Assembly (NCBI RefSeq): GCF_009914755.1
Contig: NC_060929.1
Source: the human T2T-CHM13v2.0 reference genome, Homo sapiens
Reading direction: 5' to 3' (one strand)
DNA length: 64,000 bases
Shown here: in pieces, positions 56,518 to 64,000 of the stretch
Layout of the letters: every line of letters begins with the position of its first letter
Position numbering within the stretch: position 1 is the stretch's first letter
Notes under the pieces: model-generated
What the model was told of the DNA's origin: nothing
The model's input: only the letters and a program-made list of their open reading frames with translations
The model's database searches: none
Program-made: the position numbers and the translations under genes

Positions 56518-57715
56518 GGCACAAATCTCTTAACACACATACTCTGAGCTGCTCAATCCACTCTATTTGCTCATTGTTGTCTTCAACATTTGCTTAAATG
56601 ATTAGCCTGAGGTGACAAGAAGTCAGTAGTAGAACTTAAGACAGAAGTGGAGATTCAGAATGAGAGTTTGCCAGAAAAGCCAACCATCAGTTAAATTACT
56701 TACAGTGCTAGTGACTAGTAAATGACTGGAATCTCAAGGAGGTGGTAGTGGAGGAGGGTAGTTTCTAACCAGTCGGAATCCTAGTTTAACAGAAAAGAAA
56801 TTGAATGGGATGGTGTAAATTATCTTTTAGTATTTATTAACCAGGGTCACTATATATGGCTGTGCAGTTGAATATCACAGAAGCCCTGCTATGAAGTCTA
56901 GAGCACTCTGAAAAAGATTCTGATCAGGTACTTACCAGGTTGGATAACATTTATGGAATACTTATATAGGGACAGATGACCACCTACAGACCTTATGCCT
57001 TAAAAACTGAGTCTTCTCTCCAGCAGAAATGATCATTAGCCCTTCCCTGCAAAATGTGTAGTCCAGCATCCTAGGCTATTCCTGGCACATGAATAAGCAG
57101 CGTAATATGTATCAGTCTCCCTGTCTTTGAGACTAGAGACAAGAAAACCTAACAACTAGGCTTTTTAACTGTTCTGTAAGACCTTGACCTTGTGCTTATA
57201 CCCTAACACACATACCTCATTTTGATTTTTTGAGTTTTGTATATAGTTCTAACCTTATCTAGAAAACACAAGATTATGGTTAATATAAGCATGAAATAAG
57301 GATAGAATTAGATGGGACAGAAGTCTGGCTTATTTTCATCTGCAATGGAGAGCTATTTTTGAATGCTACTGTTTGATGCCCTGATTGTGTAGAAAAGAAT
57401 GTAAAGATCGTTACTATCTTTTGGAAGGTTCATAATATGTTAATACAGTTATTGAGATGTGATGCCTATCTTGAAATTTGTGTAATATCAAAAGAAAAGT
57501 AAACCAAATTTCCAAACTATAAAGGACACTTATAGAAATAGTCATGTCTACTAAATAACATGTACCTAATGGTAATCTTACTGCCCTGTGTCAGAATAAC
57601 TTGAGACATTTTCTGAAATATTATGAATTTGTTATAAATTAGTGAGATGAATTCATTCAGCAAAAATTGAGTGCTTGTTATGTCAGGCACGTAACCTTGC
57701 TCAAGGACCTCATAG

Positions 57716-58020
57716 TCTATAGCTGCATTATCCAGTATAAACAGTCACTAGCCACGTGTCTACTGAGCATTTGATAGATGGCTAGTCCAAACTGAGATAT
57801 GCTGAAAGTGTAAAATACAAGATTTCAAAGACTTAATTTTTTTTAAAAGAATGTAAGTTATCTCAATTTTTTATATTGTTAATGTTGAGATGATATTCTG
57901 GATATTTTGAGTTTAATCAAACATTAAAATGAAATTCACCTGTTTTCTTTATACTTTAATGTTACTAGACACTTTAAAATTACCTATGTGGCTTGTGTTA
58001 TATTTCATTGGAAAGTGCTA
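57716..58020. mobile_element. MER33/MER3-like hAT DNA element
   Basis: cactagccacgtgtctactgagcatttga...ggctagtccaaactgagat...aaaattacctatgtggct. Confidence 0.75.
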
Positions 58021-58079
58021 CTCTGTGACTTTTAAAAGGCAGCAGATGTATTCTGTAGAGAAAGCAGTAGTTCTATTAA

Positions 58080-58464
<385 letters not shown>

Positions 58465-58637
58465 TAATGTCTATTTCATATTGTTTAGAATCCCTCTTAA
58501 GAAGTACAAACAGTTAGTGGCTCTTAATATGTATTCTGCTTCTATTTAAATTCTCATTGCATATATAGATAGATGGGTTGATATAGATATAGGTATATGT
58601 ATATAGAGTTTTTGTTACTAAATGGTTTATTTCCTAG

Positions 58638-58828
58638 ATGTTTACTGAACTGCAACAGATGAGGCAACAGTTACCAGACATGGAATTTGGCCGACGAATG
58701 GCTGTAGAACGTGAGTTGGAGAAGGTTGATGCTGTAAGATTAATTAATATAGTTTTTGATGAAACTGGACACTTCGTGCTGTATGGAACAATGCTGGGCA
58801 TTAAAGTTATAAATGTAGAGACAAACCG
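58638..58828 (+). CDS. PPWD1: PPWD1 exon 6 (191 nt): [20 protein letters not shown]...INVETN(R)
   Basis: ORF 58638..58832; acceptor tttcctag, donor CCG|gtaagc. Confidence 0.97.
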
Positions 58829-59474
58829 GTAAGCTTTAATATGAGGTATGTTTTTTAAAAATGTGTTTGTGGGGGACCATTTCCTCCATCATGGGAACAG
58901 TGGGAGTATTGTTTGTTCCAAGAAAAGTGGAATGGCCCCAAATGTCTAAACTTAACCAAATGTTTTGACTGGATTTTTCTGTGGTCTCTTGGTTGTTTAT
59001 AATCTTATGTAGAAAGTTTCCACTCATGTTTGTAAAAGAAATGGAAAGAAGATATGCATAGTTTCAAGTTGTTGTATGTTTTTTTTAACAAGTTTGTCTG
59101 TCTTTTGCTTATTGATTTAAATTAGCCTGGTTCATGTTAAATGTTGCCAAAGATTTTAACCACAGAATTCAGCATTACTTCCTGCTAGACATAAAATCAA
59201 AAGTTAAAATGCATGAAACCACAGTAAGCCTTTTTTGTGAAAACAGTCCATTTGGTCTTAGTACAAAATAGCTACAATCAGATACTCTCACTGAATGTAA
59301 ATGAACAGAACTTAATATTTTAAGGAGAAAAAAATGTCCTGTACATTTCCATGTATAAACATATTTATATTGTAGTTCTTGGCAATACAAAATCTTTGAA
59401 GTTTTGCAGAACAGTTAACAGACATGGAATTTTAATAAGAATAGGTTAAAACTGTATAAACAAATGATTGATTG

Positions 59475-60665
59475 TTTTTAATAGACCTTACTTTTTTGAA
59501 CAGTTTTAGGTTCACAGCAAAATTAAGAGGAAGATACAGAGATTTTCCATATACCCTCTGCCCCAACACATGCATAGCCTCCCCATTATCAACGTCCCCC
59601 ACCAGAGTGGTCCATTTGTTCCATTGATGAACCTACATTGACACCCAGAGTCCATAGTTTACATTAGGGTTCACCCTTGGTGTTGTATATTCTATAGGTT
59701 TGGAGAAATGTATAATGGCATGTATCCACCATCATATTATCATATAGAGTAGTTTTACTGCCTTCAAAATCCTCTGCTCTGACTGTTCAACCACTGATCT
59801 TTTCACCATCTCCATAGTTTTGCCTCTTCCAGAATGTGATATAGCTAAAATCATACAGTATGTAGTCTGTCCAGATTGGCTCCTTTCGGTAATATGCATT
59901 TAAGTTTCCTCCATGCCTCACCACAGCTTGATAGCTCATTTCTTTTTAGCACTGAATAATACTCCATTGTCTGGATGTACCACAGTTTATCCATTCACGT
60001 ACTGAAAGACATCTTGGTTGCTTCCAAGTTTTGGCAGTTATGTATAAAAGCTGCTATAAACATCTGTGTACAGGTGTTTGTGTAGTCATTTCAGCTCCTT
60101 TTGGTAAATACCAAGGAGCACAATTGCTGGATCATATGGTAACAGAATGTTTAGTTTTGTAACAGCCAAACTGCCTTTCGAAGTGGCTATACTCTTTTTG
60201 CATTCCCACCAGCAATGAATGAGTGTTCCTGTCACTCCACATCTGTGCCACCATTTGGTATTGTCAGTGTTCCAGATTTGGGCCATTTTAATAGATGTGT
60301 AATGGTATCTTGTTTTAGTGTGGATTTCCCTGGCAACATATGAGGTGGAGTATCTTTTCATATGCTATTTACCATTTGTATATCTCTTTGATGAAGTATA
60401 TGTGAAGGTCCTTGGGACATTTTTTAATTGGGTTGTGTTCTTATTGTTGTGTTTTAAGAGTTCTTTATATATATGTATATACATATATATATACATATAT
60501 AATATACACACATATATGTGTATATATATATACATATATATGTGTATATATATATACATATATATGTATATATATATACTTTTTTTTAAAAAAAGAGTTT
60601 TTTATATATTTTGGATAACAGTCCTTTATGAGCCGTTCTCCTAGTCTGTGACTTTTCATTCTCTT
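59475..60665 (-). mobile_element. L1MC1-like 3' end containing a TA-rich microsatellite (60466-60578)
   Basis: cagttttaggttcacagcaaaattaagaggaag...ccccattatcaac...ccagagtgg; ORF 60086..60361 resembles the L1 ORF2 C-terminus (LPYDPAIVLLGIY). Confidence 0.85.
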
Positions 60666-60671
60666 GATTGG

Positions 60672-60976
60672 TTTTTTGTTGTTGTTGTTTTTTATTGAGA
60701 TGGAGTCTTGTTCTGTCACCCAGGCTGGAGAGCAGTGGCACGATCTCGGCTCACAACCTCTGCCTCCTGAGTTCAAGTGATTCTTGTGTCTCAGCCTCCC
60801 TAGTAGTTGGGATTACAGGTGCCTGCCACCATGCTTGACCAATTTCTTGTATTTTTAATGGCGATGGGGTTTCACCACGTTGGCCAGGCTGGTCTCGAAC
60901 TCCTGACCTCAAGTGATCTGCCTGCCTCGGCCTCCCAAAGTGCTGGGATTACAGGTGTGAGCCACCGTGCCTGGCC
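60672..60976 (-). mobile_element. AluS
   Basis: Dimer. Confidence 0.9.
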
Positions 60977-61184
60977 TCATTTCTGTTTTTTAAACCTGAA
61001 AATTATAGCTGCCTACCAGTTTAAATTGATACCTTTTGGGGGGTAGAGAAACACTTTTAAAAATCTTTCACTAGTTATTTTGTACATAGATAAGATAGTT
61101 GATTCCCAGCTTTTATCTGTAAAGTTGTCATAATTGGAATTAACTTCGGTGATTCTGTTGTATAAAACATTGTTATATTTTTAG

Positions 61185-61374
61185 GTGTGTGCGGATTTTA
61201 GGCAAACAAGAAAATATTAGAGTGATGCAATTGGCTTTGTTCCAGGGGATAGCCAAAAAGCATCGTGCTGCAACTACTATAGAAATGAAAGCTTCTGAAA
61301 ATCCTGTTCTTCAGAATATTCAAGCTGACCCAACAATAGTCTGTACATCATTCAAAAAGAATAGATTTTATATG
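61185..61374 (+). CDS. PPWD1: PPWD1 exon 7 (190 nt): [21 protein letters not shown]...KKNRFYM; gene continues beyond the window
   Basis: Acceptor atttttag, donor ATG|gtatgt; cyclophilin-domain exons not found in the window. Confidence 0.96.
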
Positions 61375-62176
61375 GTATGTGTAAGTACTAGGAGATTAGA
61401 CGGTAATGTTCCTTCCAGTTTGGTTTGACTTTTCTTTGTTTGTACCTTCAACTGAAGAGAATGTTGGCACTAATAGCAGACTTCCTAAACAACCAGAATA
61501 CCATCTTACATTAATATTGTAGAATTTTAAAGTAGAAGTTGATTTTAAGTATTTCTGTACTGTTTTCCATCATGTTTTGAAATTTTTCAACCTCGTTTCC
61601 ACAACTATTTGTGTTGTTTTAGATAGTAGGAAGTTAGTGGTTATAGTCATAATTACATCCAAAATAGTTTCACTGTGGGATTTTAAAAGTGTTTTTATTT
61701 TTTCAGCCTTTACTCTTGAATATAATTTATCTTCCCCAAATTAGCACAGCTTCCTTCTCTAAATGCATTTCCTTTTTTACCTTTTGACTTTTATTTTAAT
61801 GGTGCTACCTTGGAATTATATATTCCTGTGGAATTTTTTTTTTCTCTTCTGGAGAACTAAAAGTACTTTGCATGTTAACTAAGACTGAGATAGTTAAAAT
61901 CAAACTACCGTGCCATGAAGGAGTAGCACAATTTTATTTGTTCATCCAAGCAGGAAAATCAAAAGTATAGAGACCTATGCCCTTGCATTCTATCCTTCAC
62001 AATGGAATCAGAGAACTTTTTAAGACCCAAACGTGACTCTTATTTTCTGCCTAATACCCTTTAATGGTGCCCCAGCTATCTATGCTGGCTGGCCCTCCTC
62101 ACTTCTGTAGCTTTATCTTTCTTCATTTTTCATTCATTTGCTACACGAACCATACTGAAAGTTCACATGTAGTTGA

Positions 62177-62587
<411 letters not shown>

Positions 62588-63064
62588 TAACATCAAGTCT
62601 GAGTTAGATGTGCCTGCTATGTTTCTCTTATGCTTCCCCTGTCATATGATGTGTCACACTTTTTGTGTGAACATCAATAATTTATTTTTTTGGCCTCTGA
62701 CGCTGTGCTCTTCTTCTGAAGATAAAATCCATAAATACAGGCACTATGTCTTCTTCACTGTTAAATCCAGAAAGTTAGGAAATGACTATAGCATTACAGT
62801 ATATTCATTCATTCCTCCAAAACATTGTAAACTGATGTAATGCTATTAAGGTTAACAGCATTTGATAAATGTATGAAATAGCAGTTTCCCTACCCCAACC
62901 AACCTTCCATCTAAATGGGTAAATTCTTTTAAGATGAGAATTTCATTTACACCTTTCAAAATTATTACTAAAAATGTATTAGTATATGAAGGAAAAAAAT
63001 TAATCGTTTTACCTTTAATTTAACTTTGTTAGGAAGTAAAAATTACCCATAAAAGATAATTCTT

Positions 63065-63357
63065 GGCCAGGAATGGTGGCTTATCCCTGTAAAAACAGCA
63101 CTTTGCGGGGGCCCAAGCAGAAAGATCATTTGAGCCCAGGACCAAGACCTGCCTGGGCAACATAGCAAGACCTCATCTCTACAAAAAATTTAAGAAGCTA
63201 ACCAGGCATGGTGGTGTGCACATGTGGTCTCAGCCATGCTGGAAGCTGATGTGGTAGGATCTCTTGAGCCAACGAATTCAAGGTTGCAGTGAGCTATGAT
63301 CACACCACTGCACTTCAGCCTAGGTGACAGAGCAAGACCCTATTGCTAAACAAAAAC
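63065..63357 (+). mobile_element. AluJ
   Basis: Diverged dimer. Confidence 0.85.
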
Positions 63358-63635
63358 AGGCAAAAAAGGATATTTCTTGATATACACTCAAAACACATAC
63401 ACTAATTTTCCATCCACTTTATTCAAAAAACTTATATTTTTTCTTTTCCAAGTTTACTTGTGTATTGATCAAAGTATATATATTCATTATAAAGTTTGAA
63501 AAAATAGAGAAACAAAATAAGTCATTCACTGTAGCTTTATACAGCTAACATTGTTACGAATTTTCTTTGAGTCTTACTAGTACATATTCTTAAGCAAAAC
63601 TAAAATGGTATGCATATATATGAATTTTGTGTCCC

Positions 63636-63767
63636 ATTTTTCAGATCCAACATGAAATAAAAGTATAATTTTACAAATCCATATATGAGCTAAATCATAA
63701 TTTTTCAGATCCAACATCATGAAATAAAAGTATGATTTTACAAATCCATATATCAGCTAAGTCATAA
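63636..63767. repeat. Tandem duplication, two copies of a ~64-67-bp unit
   Basis: atttttcagatccaacat...aaatccatatat.agctaa.tcataa occurs twice. Confidence 0.9.
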
Positions 63768-64000
63768 CTTTAAAAAATTCATATAAACAAATAGTACAAC
63801 AGACATGCCATTCCTTTGAAAACTGGAGAATAGGATATTAAGGTGATAGCATCCTAACTTGGTTGTTTATTTGGAATCTATCCAAGCAGATCAAGGAATG
63901 ACATTAGGCAAGATAGGGATGGAGGCACTAGCTTTACGTTCCCATAATTAAGTTACATCAGATAGAGGTTGCTTAGGAGAGAGCATTTCTACTTAAAGAA

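Noticed and set aside
56925-56942. gtacttaccagg resembling the U1 snRNA 5' end
   Set aside because: No further U1 similarity downstream; it is simply the complement of a donor-like 9-mer
60318-60776. Tyr/Ile-rich ORFs on both strands
   Set aside because: Translations of a TA-rich microsatellite inside an L1

Overview
Human genomic DNA (AluYa5- and AluYb8-type insertions argue for human rather than another ape), recognisable as the head-to-head CENPK / PPWD1 locus. CENPK (kinetochore CCAN subunit) lies on the minus strand. I traced nine GT-AG coding exons from ATG 36667 to TAA 242 (810 nt, 269 aa), plus two probable non-coding 5' exons (~44858-44930, and 43223-43324, which is derived from a MaLR LTR). 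PPWD1 (spliceosomal WD40-cyclophilin) starts on the plus strand at ATG 45071; coding exons 1-7 are in the window and the cyclophilin domain lies beyond it. The two genes share a CpG-island bidirectional promoter (three CCAAT boxes, E2F-like and ETS-like sites, an exact TISU/YY1 element). Introns are dense with Alu, L1, L2, MIR, L3, MaLR/ERVL LTRs and Tigger/MER DNA transposons, including a near-full-length decayed Tigger1. Most ORFs in the supplied track are repeat translations. I found no convincing new multi-gene system. The best leads are regulatory or structural: splice-junction-built uORFs in the CENPK leader, candidate poison exons in PPWD1, a competing consensus donor after CENPK exon 4, an Alu-bracketed stop-free circularisable exon block, and two complementary Alu fragments about 5.7 kb apart that share identical flanks. 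Repeat subfamily names and boundaries are by eye and approximate.
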